DNA of 64,000 nucleotides from a virus. The position numbers were made by a program, and so were the translations under genes. The DNA lies in IMG/VR virus record IMGVR_UViG_3300005100_000002, positions 1 through 64,000 of that record; one strand, written 5' to 3'. Shown piece by piece: positions 16,940 through 25,783 of the stretch (positions are counted from its first letter, which is position 1; every line of letters begins with the position of its first letter). Below the pieces are notes generated by a model. The model saw nothing but the letters and a program-made list of their open reading frames with translations, searched no databases and was not told the DNA's origin.

Positions 16940-17140
16940 TTAAAATCTCGCTTTTTCTCTTTTCTCGTTAGTCTCTTTTTTTGTTTCATCATAATCCTCC
17001 AATTCGCACCATTCAGGGATCGTAGTAACAGCCGCATCAATAACCCTTGCACCACTGTGCCTGCACACTCTCTGACTGTTTTTGTTATAACGCCTGTACG
17101 GACAGACCGCACAATTATTTAATATTATTATTTTCGGCAT
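16940..17140 (-). CDS. small Cys-rich protein
   Basis: 66 aa starting MPKIIILNNCAVCPYRRY..., with GGAAAGGA upstream. Confidence 0.55.
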   Translation of the reverse strand: MPKIIILNNCAVCPYRRYNKNSQRVCRHSGARVIDAAVTTIPEWCELEDYDETKKETNEKREKARF

Positions 17141-17280
17141 TCAGCGCATCCTTTCCAGGCTCTCTCTGTAATTTCCATAACTGCAATATTAGGATCCGGC
17201 TCTTTTGCGTAGATCTCGATTAAGCGTTCTCTATTCTCGAATCACCAACGGTCAAACGAATGCTGTTCTTTTTTTTCCAT
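17128..17280 (-). pseudogene. small ORF interrupted by one in-frame TGA
   Basis: MEKKEQHSFDRW-TGA-FENRERLIEIYAKEPDPNIAVMEITERAWKGCAECRK. TAATG overlap with the upstream gene and a 13-nt overlap with the downstream start. The TGA is at 17242-17244. Confidence 0.35.
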
Positions 17281-17537
17281 TATTTCGCCTCGTCACTGCC
17301 GAATAATTCTATCTCTTCGGATCTTGTTAATTTCCATCGCTCAATCTCGCAGTTTGCCGGGTCGCCATCACATAAAACGAGAGGGCAAAAATCGTACAGG
17401 TTTTGTTCCCAAGCCACGTGGGTGCAGCCATACTTCCATTCATCAGGATCAATTTGCGCCGGATGGCACGAGGGGGAACAATAATATTTACATTTTGAAC
17501 CCTTAACGGGAAAGTCTCCATCGATATGAATTTGCAT
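17280..17537 (-). CDS. Cys-rich hypothetical protein
   Basis: 85-aa ORF with nine Cys residues and GAGG upstream. Confidence 0.55.
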   Translation of the reverse strand: MQIHIDGDFPVKGSKCKYYCSPSCHPAQIDPDEWKYGCTHVAWEQNLYDFCPLVLCDGDPANCEIERWKLTRSEEIELFGSDEAK

Positions 17538-17557
17538 TTATTTCGCCTCGTTATGTC

Positions 17558-17950
17558 TCAACTGTTAAGATAATCCATTATGATTTTCCATGCTGCATCA
17601 GCTCCATATGCAAACCTGTGCATGTAACCCTGGTTAGCAACAAACGCAGCAAAGGTTAACTGCTCCGGGAGTATCTTGCCGCCCTTAACTCTTTTTAGTT
17701 CTAGGAAGAGACCTGAATACCCATTCCTCCGTACAGGTAAGAAAATATCGGCGGTCCCTTTACGAAGGCATCCGGCCTTCTTGGCCTTCATTGCTACGCC
17801 GATACTGAGTCTAACCCCACTAAGGCTGCCAGACATGAATTGTAACTCTTGGTACTGCCTACTGTGTAGTTGAGCTAATCTGAATATAGCGCATTGTTCA
17901 CTATACTCTGTGGGCACTGGTACTATAGAAACTTGCTTCTTTTTTCGCAT
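17558..17950 (-). CDS. VRR-NUC family nuclease
   Basis: 130 aa. EYSEQCAIFRL...KGTADIFLPV...GLFLELKRVKGGKILPEQ fits the PD-(D/E)xK VRR-NUC pattern. Confidence 0.75.
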   Translation of the reverse strand: MRKKKQVSIVPVPTEYSEQCAIFRLAQLHSRQYQELQFMSGSLSGVRLSIGVAMKAKKAGCLRKGTADIFLPVRRNGYSGLFLELKRVKGGKILPEQLTFAAFVANQGYMHRFAYGADAAWKIIMDYLNS

Positions 17951-18101
17951 ATCAACCTCTCAGATCGCCTACGTTCCACTTTCCCCCCCTCGCCTGTCTT
18001 CTGATATTCAGATTTCTTTTTCTGCCAAGCAAGGGGCATGTGGCTTATTATTTTTGATGTTTCTATCCAACATCAGATCCCATCTTTGACATCCTGCAAT
18101 T

Positions 18102-18281
18102 TCATTCCGGGTTCTTGAGTGCCTCGTGCACAAATCCATGCTTCCCGCCTCTCTCAAATCCTTTCTGGAGAGATAGGGCCTCATGCAGTAATCTGAGCCT
18201 AAAATCAATTACGGCATTCGTCAGCCGCCGGCGCTCTTCCATATGCTTAATTTTCGTTTCTAAAACTTCTTTCTCAGTCAT
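18102..18281 (-). CDS. small hypothetical protein (59 aa, below cutoff)
   Basis: MTEKEVLETKIKHMEERRRLTNAVIDFRLRLLHEALSLQKGFERGGKHGFVHEALKNPE, with AAGGA 7 nt upstream. Preferred over the overlapping 18008..18208 ORF. Confidence 0.4.
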   Translation of the reverse strand: MTEKEVLETKIKHMEERRRLTNAVIDFRLRLLHEALSLQKGFERGGKHGFVHEALKNPE

Positions 18282-18297
18282 GGCCCGGTCCTTTCTG

Positions 18298-18609
18298 TTA
18301 ACAATCCATCCAAATTAACGATAGCAAAATATCTCGCAGCGTTTTCCCGCTCACAACGCCGTCGCCTTCAGCATCAAACAAAGACCATTCCCCGTCCTGC
18401 TTTCTCAGGTACTCGCCTTGCTCCAGGTGCGCTTGCAGCAGATCAATCGCCGGAATTGCGCCCTCGACCAGATCGCATAGTGCTGAGATATCGCTCATGC
18501 GTATTGGTGGATATTTATTCGGCGCATGCTCTTTTTCCAATTGCCGCATGCTTTTAATTAATTTTTCTCTTTTGGTTTTTTCGATCATCATGCATTCAGC
18601 CCTTCTCAA
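18298..18609 (-). CDS. hypothetical protein
   Basis: 103-aa ORF; the exact start is uncertain. Confidence 0.5.
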   Translation of the reverse strand: MRRAECMMIEKTKREKLIKSMRQLEKEHAPNKYPPIRMSDISALCDLVEGAIPAIDLLQAHLEQGEYLRKQDGEWSLFDAEGDGVVSGKTLRDILLSLIWMDC

Positions 18610-18765
18610 GCTCGGTTATTGCCTTGGCGGCGCCTTTGTTAAAAAGCCAAGCCAGGGTCGTTTCAAGCCGCCTGATCTCTTCCAGGGTCAAGCTTAGGTT
18701 TAAATCATCGATAATTTTTTGTCGTGCCATTTCATGTGGTTGCATAATTCCCCCTTTGTTTATTC

Positions 18766-20442
18766 TTATGTGTTAGTATTAAAATAAAAATTAATCTCTT
18801 GGTCTTTACAGCTTAACCTTTTTGTTGATTTGTCAAAAAATAACTTCACGCCGCCTATTTCTCCAAATTCTCTGTTTTTCTTAATGAATAAAATAGCATC
18901 AGGATCTTGCTCCGATTTGTTTTCATCGGGAGGCCGCCATAAAACAAGAACATTGTCGGCAAGGTTTGTAATATCGCTTGAACCCTTTATATCGACCTTA
19001 TCGGGTTTATCCCTGTCCGAGGCTGTCTTCCTCGGATGAGCTACAAGATGGCAGTGAACCCTATACTTTCTTGTAAAAGTTAAAAGTTTTGATACAAATT
19101 CTTTTTGTGCCGCATACTCATCATGTTGTGATAATTTTACTCGCATTAAAGAATCTACGACAAAATGCTTAACCCCATATTTTCTAACGGCATATTCAAA
19201 GACATCAAAAATATGCCCTGACTCGATTTCTTCGGAAACATCTAAAATATACATTTTCTCATAGAGCCATTCAAAAACACTATTAATTTCAGCAGTAGTT
19301 GGATGTCTTTTACCGAGAGCCTGACACACAGCCCATCGCAAATAACGTGCAGGCCGCAATTCAAGGGATGCTATGCAAGTTTTTATATTTAACGATGTAA
19401 GATTCAAAAAAACCTGATTAAGCATGGTTGTCTTGCCCGATCCGTTTTGCCCCGACCATATTGTCAATTCGCCGGCCCTCCACCCCTTAAGGAAAAAGTC
19501 GATTCCCGGAAAGCCGGTCGGCGTTCCATCCAATATGTTTGGGTTTTCAAATAGATCAACGACCTCTTCATAATAATCGCTTGCCGCTGCTATGGTATTC
19601 GGAGGATATTCTGTGGCAGTATCAAAACAATCTTGCATGTTTTTTTTAGGCACTTTGTTTTTTAAACAATCCAATGCATCCTTGTGAGGAAAGGCCACGC
19701 TTTTGCACCGCCAATTACCAAGCCTTGGGATTAAAACGCTTACTGCATTATGGCCAGCCGCATCGTCATCCATACAGAGGTAGATATCTTCAAATTGTTC
19801 TAAAAAATTCCACTCATTCTCAATCCACCTGTGATCATTCACGCCGGAAGGCAATGAAGTAACGCCCATGAATCCATATTGATCTAATGCCATGCAATCG
19901 AATTCACCCTCAGTTATTATGAGTGTTTTCCCTATGATACTGTCCCGATTGAACAAGCAAGGCTCCGCATTTTTTTCCTGCCAGAATTTTTTATCTAGGG
20001 TTCTATACTTCACGTTTACTAAAGCCTTGTTTTTATAAAAAGGCAGACCGATTTCATTCTTTTTGTTTAAAAATATCTTGAACTTCGACAAAGTCTCTTT
20101 AGTAAAGCCACGATGTTGTAAAAATTGCATCGCTGTTTGGTTTATAGGCAAAGGCTTGGGGGTTGGCCGTGAATAAACTTTAGGCTGGATTGACGTATTG
20201 GTTTTCAAGAAAACCGGCTGATCTCCGAGCTTCCGCTGTAAATTATAAAACGATCCAGTTAAGCCGCAATTATTCAAACGCATACAATTCCAAGCACCAG
20301 ACTCAAGATTAATGGCAAATGTTTTTTCACCTTTATCGCCGCCATGGCAAAAAGGACAAAGCATGATAGCGTTTATACCGCTTGGCCTACTAACTTCTTT
20401 AAACTCAAACCCTTTATCTAAAAGATATTGCTTAACCTTCAT
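18766..20442 (-). CDS. bifunctional primase-helicase (T7 gp4-like)
   Basis: N-terminal zinc finger CPFCHGG...CMRLNNCG. TOPRIM ITEGEFDCMAL...DDDAAG. DnaB-type Walker A GQNGSGKTT with the C-terminal helicase motifs. Confidence 0.9.
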   Translation of the reverse strand: MKVKQYLLDKGFEFKEVSRPSGINAIMLCPFCHGGDKGEKTFAINLESGAWNCMRLNNCGLTGSFYNLQRKLGDQPVFLKTNTSIQPKVYSRPTPKPLPINQTAMQFLQHRGFTKETLSKFKIFLNKKNEIGLPFYKNKALVNVKYRTLDKKFWQEKNAEPCLFNRDSIIGKTLIITEGEFDCMALDQYGFMGVTSLPSGVNDHRWIENEWNFLEQFEDIYLCMDDDAAGHNAVSVLIPRLGNWRCKSVAFPHKDALDCLKNKVPKKNMQDCFDTATEYPPNTIAAASDYYEEVVDLFENPNILDGTPTGFPGIDFFLKGWRAGELTIWSGQNGSGKTTMLNQVFLNLTSLNIKTCIASLELRPARYLRWAVCQALGKRHPTTAEINSVFEWLYEKMYILDVSEEIESGHIFDVFEYAVRKYGVKHFVVDSLMRVKLSQHDEYAAQKEFVSKLLTFTRKYRVHCHLVAHPRKTASDRDKPDKVDIKGSSDITNLADNVLVLWRPPDENKSEQDPDAILFIKKNREFGEIGGVKLFFDKSTKRLSCKDQEINFYFNTNT

Positions 20443-21125
20443 TGCATGCCCTCATAGTTAATTGAAGGATTTACGTTTTGATCCTTTAGCGGAAAAAATC
20501 CATGCCAGCCCTTCATTATTGTTCGCTCAACAACCTTAACTGGATCGTCTCCAGAATCTTTCAGTTTTTTTAGTTTTTTTAAGTTCAACCTTTCTGCATA
20601 TGGAGTAAGTGGTTTTTTTATCCTGACACGATATTTTTTAAATTCGTCCCATATTTTTTTCGGCATCCAATCCGGCAAATCTATATATGTTTTTTCTTTC
20701 TTTTCTTTCTTATCCTTCTTGTCTGTGTACGCATCCGGAACGGAAGTGGCACGGTCGTGGCACGATTGCGTCTCGCTGCAAGAATTGCGTGGATCATATT
20801 CCTTGTAATTTAATACAGTTATGCGAGTTGTAACTGTTTCACTTACTGTGTCGATTTGGCGCATGTTTTGAAGTAGTTTTAGAAACCTGTGTGTTTTAGG
20901 GCGTCCCCAGCCCCATCGCTTTGCCCAAGTTCTGATACTCTTGAGAGACTCGCCATAATTACAAATTAATACTTTCATGCCAAAAACTACTTGTTGCGGC
21001 TCTTTTTTGTGTTGGGTTTCCCATAAAATGTCAATCCATGCCTCGGCTTTTGAAAAGACTCTTTTTTCTTTCCAGAAACGATGCTCTTGGAATTTGCGCC
21101 ATAAGGCAAAATAGCCCCTATCCAT
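20439..21125 (-). CDS. replication-associated DNA-binding protein (candidate)
   Basis: 228 aa, translationally coupled to the primase-helicase. wHTH-like N-terminus and a Lys-rich linker. Confidence 0.5.
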   Translation of the reverse strand: MDRGYFALWRKFQEHRFWKEKRVFSKAEAWIDILWETQHKKEPQQVVFGMKVLICNYGESLKSIRTWAKRWGWGRPKTHRFLKLLQNMRQIDTVSETVTTRITVLNYKEYDPRNSCSETQSCHDRATSVPDAYTDKKDKKEKKEKTYIDLPDWMPKKIWDEFKKYRVRIKKPLTPYAERLNLKKLKKLKDSGDDPVKVVERTIMKGWHGFFPLKDQNVNPSINYEGMQ

Positions 21126-21268
21126 TATTTTAGCCTATCTATTTTTTGCTGCATTTTGTCCATACGACAGCTTAACTTAAAATTAAACTTCCTCGATAAT
21201 GCATAAAATTCCAACACACCAAGGCAATAGGATAAATATAGTTTTAAAAAAAACCGTTTTAATCTCAT
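21125..21268 (-). CDS. small hypothetical protein (47 aa, below cutoff)
   Basis: MRLKRFFLKLYLSYCLGVLEFYALSRKF..., with AAGGGG upstream. TAATG overlap with the next gene. Confidence 0.3.
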   Translation of the reverse strand: MRLKRFFLKLYLSYCLGVLEFYALSRKFNFKLSCRMDKMQQKIDRLK

Positions 21269-21292
21269 AATATCAACCCCTTACAAACAGCT

Positions 21293-21359
21293 CAGGGCGT
21301 ATAGAAGGGAGGTCACAGCTCCACTGCAACGCCGGTGCGACATTGTCCTATACGCCCTG
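21293..21359. promoter_or_regulatory. 12-bp perfect inverted repeat stem-loop (ori or regulatory candidate)
   Basis: CAGGGCGTATAG (21293-21304) pairs with CTATACGCCCTG (21348-21359) across a 43-nt GC-rich loop. The surrounding intergenic region upstream of the replication genes is A/T-rich. Confidence 0.4.
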
Positions 21360-21433
21360 AATTATTTATAATTAATTGATTTCGAGTCCTGTGACAACTC
21401 ATAAAAGACCTACCTCACTTCTAACCCCTCATC

Positions 21434-21754
21434 TCACACCATCTCACTTTTGTCAAGATTTTTTGCCTCGGCCTCCAGCTCTTTTTCGATATCGGCGATA
21501 ACAGACAAAGATGCCTCCCACTCTAATGCCGTTAGCCAAACAAGTGCATCTTTCAAAAGCTTGTTTTTGCGATCAATCTCGGCTTTATATATTAACGCCT
21601 CAGTAGCCTTCTCATCTTGCTTAAGGTCAAGGCTATGTATATGGATTGATCCTGTCTCTTTGGCATATAGATCTTGCAGACAAGACAGCTCAATCATTTT
21701 TTGTTTAATCGATTGCTGTAGTGCTTTGAAGTCTTTATCATTCATTTCCGGCAA
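21434..21754 (-). CDS. hypothetical coiled-coil protein
   Basis: 106-aa ORF. Confidence 0.5.
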   Translation of the reverse strand: MPEMNDKDFKALQQSIKQKMIELSCLQDLYAKETGSIHIHSLDLKQDEKATEALIYKAEIDRKNKLLKDALVWLTALEWEASLSVIADIEKELEAEAKNLDKSEMV

Positions 21755-22079
21755 CCCTCCGTTTTAATAGTCCTTCCAATAAAATCAAGTAGTTGATGCT
21801 ATCGCCGATCTTTTCGTTTACAATATGTGCGTTTAGCCGCTCAGGACAACGCCTTGCCCACAAAACAAGATCATCAACGCTGACATCATGTTTAACCTTC
21901 ATTCCCATTAAAGCTTCTTCGGGAGTAGTATTGCGCTTTCGAGCTGCCATTTCAAAGTTATGAAAGCGACTCTCACCGGAAGCATACTCGAAAGCTTTGT
22001 TTTTTAATGTTTCTTGAATAGCGCTGCATCGTTCTTCTATAATTGTTCCAAAGTTTGTTATTGGATCATTTTCTTTCAT
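21738..22079 (-). CDS. all-alpha hypothetical protein (MazG/DUF1599-like, tentative)
   Basis: Start placed at MKENDPITNF. The helical pattern with conserved acidic residues gives only weak resemblance. Confidence 0.4.
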   Translation of the reverse strand: MKENDPITNFGTIIEERCSAIQETLKNKAFEYASGESRFHNFEMAARKRNTTPEEALMGMKVKHDVSVDDLVLWARRCPERLNAHIVNEKIGDSINYLILLEGLLKRRVAGNE

Positions 22080-22437
22080 CGTTTCGAGCCTTTTCAAAAT
22101 AAAACACACCATTGTGGGGACTTATAGTAATAATGCCGAAGTCTATAGCTACCTTGGCTATATAAAATTTTCCAACTCGTTCATGCAGTGTCTTTATCAT
22201 TTGTTTAAACTGTTTTGGCGAATACGCTCTTTTGTAGTGGTTGCATCTCCTACACGATGGCATAAGATTTGAAATGCTGTCAATATCCTTAACGTCGTGG
22301 AATGCCATAGCAGCAGCGCTGCTCCGCTTGGGTAGATAATGATCAACCTGCATATCCTTGTAAGCTATAGCTGTGCCGCAATATGCGCAATGTCCCTGGT
22401 ATTTATTATACACCTTTTCCCGAAGTTCTTTCTTCAT
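22066..22437 (-). CDS. HNH endonuclease
   Basis: 123 aa with CAYCG...VDHYLPK...NLMPSCRRCNHYK. Confidence 0.8.
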   Translation of the reverse strand: MKKELREKVYNKYQGHCAYCGTAIAYKDMQVDHYLPKRSSAAAMAFHDVKDIDSISNLMPSCRRCNHYKRAYSPKQFKQMIKTLHERVGKFYIAKVAIDFGIITISPHNGVFYFEKARNDERK

Positions 22438-22572
22438 TTCTCATCCTTTGCATCTCCTCGCCAATTCTCATAGAAACCTGCATGAGCGTCCCGTGTATGC
22501 GACTAACCTTGTCAGGATGCTCTTCTTTGTCGGCGGACTGGAGTATTAGCTCAACTATTTTGTTTATCTCAG

Positions 22573-23280
22573 TCACAATCCACCCTCTCTTCTGGCTGCC
22601 AGAGCTTCCCCGATAAGCGAAATTATTATGTGACTTATCGGTAGAGACAATCTTTCCGCTATCCGGCAGATCTCTTCGCTGATTACAGGATATGGCTCCA
22701 AATCCAGCTCGACGGAAACCAAATCTTCAGTCGGCGGCTCCCCCTCTCCCTGGTATTTTATGGCTTTCATCCCCGTCGACAGCTCATTTTTCGGCATCTT
22801 TTTAAAAGCTCCTAATACCGGATGCACTATGCTGCCCCTAAACCAAGACATATAGCACGGAGACGCGCACACACCCCTAGGAAACTTATCGCCAGGGGCC
22901 CTTTCTTTGCCGCAGATAGCACAGGTCTGCACTGGTTTTTTCTTTTTCACAGGCATAGCTTTTTCCCATGATGGGTTCGGCCTTATGTGCTTTACGGGAC
23001 TGGGCTTTTTAGCTTCATCGGTTGTTTCTTCTTCGAGATCCTCTTCGATCTCTCTAAAACTGTCAATTTCCGAGCTTGTATCCGTTTCAATAAAGTTGTT
23101 GCTTTCTATGTCCTCTACTAAGTCTTTATCCGGCACTGTGAATACCTCCTTTTTTTTATAGTCAGCATTGCCGGCCTGATAAGCCCTTAACCGGGGGCAG
23201 TTATCCAGGCATAGCCTTTTGTCGATTGATTCATTTACACAATTCTTACAAGGAGAGACCTCCTCTATTATTTTGGACAT
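22573..23280 (-). CDS. hypothetical Cys-rich protein
   Basis: 235 aa with several CxxC motifs and an acidic central region. Confidence 0.55.
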   Translation of the reverse strand: MSKIIEEVSPCKNCVNESIDKRLCLDNCPRLRAYQAGNADYKKKEVFTVPDKDLVEDIESNNFIETDTSSEIDSFREIEEDLEEETTDEAKKPSPVKHIRPNPSWEKAMPVKKKKPVQTCAICGKERAPGDKFPRGVCASPCYMSWFRGSIVHPVLGAFKKMPKNELSTGMKAIKYQGEGEPPTEDLVSVELDLEPYPVISEEICRIAERLSLPISHIIISLIGEALAARREGGL

Positions 23281-23361
23281 TTATTCCCCCAATATTTCAA
23301 TTCCGCCCAGCCTCTTCCGAAACTGTTAATCTCCCAAACTTTTTATCGATCATCTCTATTT

Positions 23362-23535
23362 TCATCCTAACACCGTCTTTATTAGTTTACGCAAATGTTC
23401 GCTGGGAACCTTTTCACCCTTTTCAAGATGCCTTACATATCTTGATGTTATCCCTAATGTTGCCGCTACCTTTTGATAACCACCAAATTGTTTTAATAGT
23501 CTTTTTATATGCGTTTTTACCGTTTTATTATTCAT
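23362..23535 (-). CDS. Cro/CI-type HTH regulator (57 aa, below cutoff)
   Basis: MNNKTVKTHIKRLLKQFGGYQKVAATLGITSRYVRHLEKGEKVPSEHLRKLIKTVLG. First gene of the minus-strand block, at a divergent promoter region. Confidence 0.55.
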   Translation of the reverse strand: MNNKTVKTHIKRLLKQFGGYQKVAATLGITSRYVRHLEKGEKVPSEHLRKLIKTVLG

Positions 23536-23544
23536 AATATTTTC

Positions 23545-23573
23545 TATATAATTGAACTAATTGCACATGTCAA
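23545..23573 (-). promoter_or_regulatory. sigma70-type promoter for the HTH gene
   Basis: On the minus strand: TTGACA (23568-23573), a 17-nt spacer, then TATATA (23545-23550). The operator half-site lies in the spacer. Confidence 0.45.
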
Positions 23574-23616
23574 GGACTATCTGATATATTTTTAAAAAAA
23601 ACGTGAACTGATTGCA
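23553..23616. promoter_or_regulatory. paired operator-like repeats TGAACT(A/G)ATTGCA
   Basis: Copies at 23553-23565 and 23604-23616, placed in or next to the two divergent promoters. Confidence 0.45.
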
Positions 23617-23626
23617 AAAAAAAGAC

Positions 23627-23655
23627 TTGACACCTTTTTCAACTCATGTTAAAAG
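23627..23655 (+). promoter_or_regulatory. sigma70-type promoter (extended -10) for the plus-strand operon
   Basis: TTGACA (23627-23632), a 17-nt spacer ending in TGT, then TAAAAG (23650-23655). Confidence 0.45.
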
Positions 23656-23677
23656 GCAAGAAACTCGGAGATAGCAT

Positions 23678-23854
23678 ATGGGCAAACCCGTTAAAAAATT
23701 AATTATAAACTGCAAACATTGTAAGGGTAGCGGTGTGCTTAAGGATGGGATTTGTGTAGAATGCCAAGGACATGGATACAAGCTTGTGGATAAGGAAATT
23801 TATTACCGACAGCTAAGGATGGAGCAGAAGCATCGGCTGGAGAAGGAGAAATAA
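23678..23854 (+). CDS. DnaJ-type CxxCxGxG zinc-finger mini-protein (58 aa, below cutoff)
   Basis: MGKPVKKLIINCKHCKGSGVLKDGICVECQGHGYKLV.... TAATG overlap with the next gene. Confidence 0.5.
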   Translation: MGKPVKKLIINCKHCKGSGVLKDGICVECQGHGYKLVDKEIYYRQLRMEQKHRLEKEK

Positions 23855-24687
23855 TGCACCATAAGGCAATTGATTTGACTGGACAGCGGTTTGGGCATCT
23901 GGTGGTTGTTGAAGAGGCGGGGAAAAACAAGTATAGCAGTAAAAAATGGAAATGCCAGTGCGATTGTGGAAAACTTAGCACCCCATATGGCTGTGCCCTA
24001 AGGTCTGGACGTGCGACGACTTGCGGATGCAGAACAGGAAAAGAATTTAACCCAAAAGAATACAAGGTAGCTTATTGCAAGGCTAATCGAAAACAAATAA
24101 CATTAAAACATGCGGAATATTATAAAACCCACGCTGCGCGAATATCGGCTTATCGCAAGGCTTACAGTAAGGACAACGCTCTGTACGATACTCATATATT
24201 GAGTATTTCGTGGGCGGAAGAAGGCAGGACTCGCAGAGACCCGGGCAAAAAGGACGATCTCCAAGTAAAATGCTCACTATGCCAAAGCTGGTTTAATCCT
24301 ACCAACTCACAAGTAAGTGCTCGCTCAAACTCGATTAATGGCAGCCGTCGTGGCGAAGGTAGTTTCTATTGCTCCGATGATTGCAAAAGAGCATGTCCAG
24401 TTTATAATCAAACAAAATTCCGAAAAGGGGATGCCCCAAAACCAGATTCCCGCCCCGGACAAAGAGAATGGAGAGAACATGTTATAGCATGTTCGGAATT
24501 TTCCTGCGAGAAATGCGGCAAAGTCCTTGAGGAAAAAGATTTATCCGCCCATCATATTAAATCGGTATCTCAATATCCTCTTGAAAGCATGGATATTGAT
24601 AACGGGATGGCTCTTTGTAAAGATTGCCACAAAGCTGTGCATTCGGGAATCGGTTGCCGGCCTGTTGACCTGAGATGTAGTGCATAA
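23854..24687 (+). CDS. HNH homing endonuclease
   Basis: 277 aa. N-terminal GQRFGHLVVVEE...WKCQCDCG and C-terminal CEKCG...HHIKSVSQYP...NGMALCKDCHKAVH. Confidence 0.8.
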   Translation: MHHKAIDLTGQRFGHLVVVEEAGKNKYSSKKWKCQCDCGKLSTPYGCALRSGRATTCGCRTGKEFNPKEYKVAYCKANRKQITLKHAEYYKTHAARISAYRKAYSKDNALYDTHILSISWAEEGRTRRDPGKKDDLQVKCSLCQSWFNPTNSQVSARSNSINGSRRGEGSFYCSDDCKRACPVYNQTKFRKGDAPKPDSRPGQREWREHVIACSEFSCEKCGKVLEEKDLSAHHIKSVSQYPLESMDIDNGMALCKDCHKAVHSGIGCRPVDLRCSA

Positions 24688-24705
24688 AAATAGAAAGGAA
24701 GAATT

Positions 24706-25770
24706 ATGGATAACCAAAAAGACATATCGACAAGCAAAGAACTTGAACTCGCCAAGAAGCAGGGCGCCAATCTGCTTACACCGACTACGAGCGTTCATGG
24801 ACTGTCTGAATTTATGGTGCCGGTGGTTGACAGTGTTTATCTGTCAGCTAACCCAGAAGATGGGGACGTATATCCAGAAAAACAAACCACAGAAACTAAG
24901 TTTCGGATTTCAATTCAAGGATTGAGAAAGCTGGCTGTGACAGCAGGAATTATATGGCATTCGGCTGCCTGCAAGCGTACAGATAATCGCAAGGATAGAA
25001 ATTATGTATCATATCAATGCGTTGGAGGGCTCAAGAAGACAGATGGCTCGGTTTTTTTCCTAAAAGCTGAGTATGATCTGGATTTTGAAATAATTGAGCA
25101 AGAATTAATGGAAATTCATCGTCAAAAAAGCAAGAATTGGCATAAGAGTGACCAGGAAAAGCAGGCGTATGTTGACTCAAGCGTTCGCAGAGATGTGTTA
25201 TTTAAAAGAAAACATCGTTTAAAACTCGCAGAATCAGGAGCTTTTGCAAGAGTAGTGCGTGCCGCCCTTAGCCTGAAATCGGCATATAAAAAATCAGAGC
25301 TCGCCAAGCCTTTTGTCATGGTCCGTTATGTGTTCCAGCCCGACCTAAGCGACATAGAAACAAGGCGCCAGGTTACAGCAGCAGCGATACAGGCCATGAC
25401 AGGTATATATGGTGGTGGACAGCCTCAACCCTTGCCCCCTCCCATAGAGGTACCTTCAGAAGACTACGAAGTCCACGACGTCCCACCCGAAGACGAAGAC
25501 CCACCTCCGCCCGATGAAGCCCCTACCCCGGAAACAGAACCGGAACCGGGAACAGGCCAGCAACCCGAGGAAGCACCAACCGGCGAGGAAGTCTTTGAAA
25601 GCCTGTCAGCAAAAGAACAGGTCGAAACCTTGGCGCTGATGGCCGAAGCAAAGGGCTACGCGCCAAAGCAGCCCATAAAGAACCTGGGGCCGAAAGACAG
25701 ATTAAGCTTTTTCGCAGCGCTTGATCAAATGCCGGATGTTGAAAAAGAATCGGAGGATATTCCTTTTTAG
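24706..25770 (+). CDS. single-strand annealing / ssDNA-binding protein candidate with an SSB-type acidic C-terminal tip
   Basis: 354 aa. The core KLAESGAFARVVRAAL resembles the Rad52/Erf-type helix. A Pro/Glu-rich linker follows, and the last residues are ESEDIPF, like the bacterial SSB DDDIPF tip. Confidence 0.5.
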   Translation: MDNQKDISTSKELELAKKQGANLLTPTTSVHGLSEFMVPVVDSVYLSANPEDGDVYPEKQTTETKFRISIQGLRKLAVTAGIIWHSAACKRTDNRKDRNYVSYQCVGGLKKTDGSVFFLKAEYDLDFEIIEQELMEIHRQKSKNWHKSDQEKQAYVDSSVRRDVLFKRKHRLKLAESGAFARVVRAALSLKSAYKKSELAKPFVMVRYVFQPDLSDIETRRQVTAAAIQAMTGIYGGGQPQPLPPPIEVPSEDYEVHDVPPEDEDPPPPDEAPTPETEPEPGTGQQPEEAPTGEEVFESLSAKEQVETLALMAEAKGYAPKQPIKNLGPKDRLSFFAALDQMPDVEKESEDIPF

Positions 25771-25783
25771 GAGGAGATAGCCT

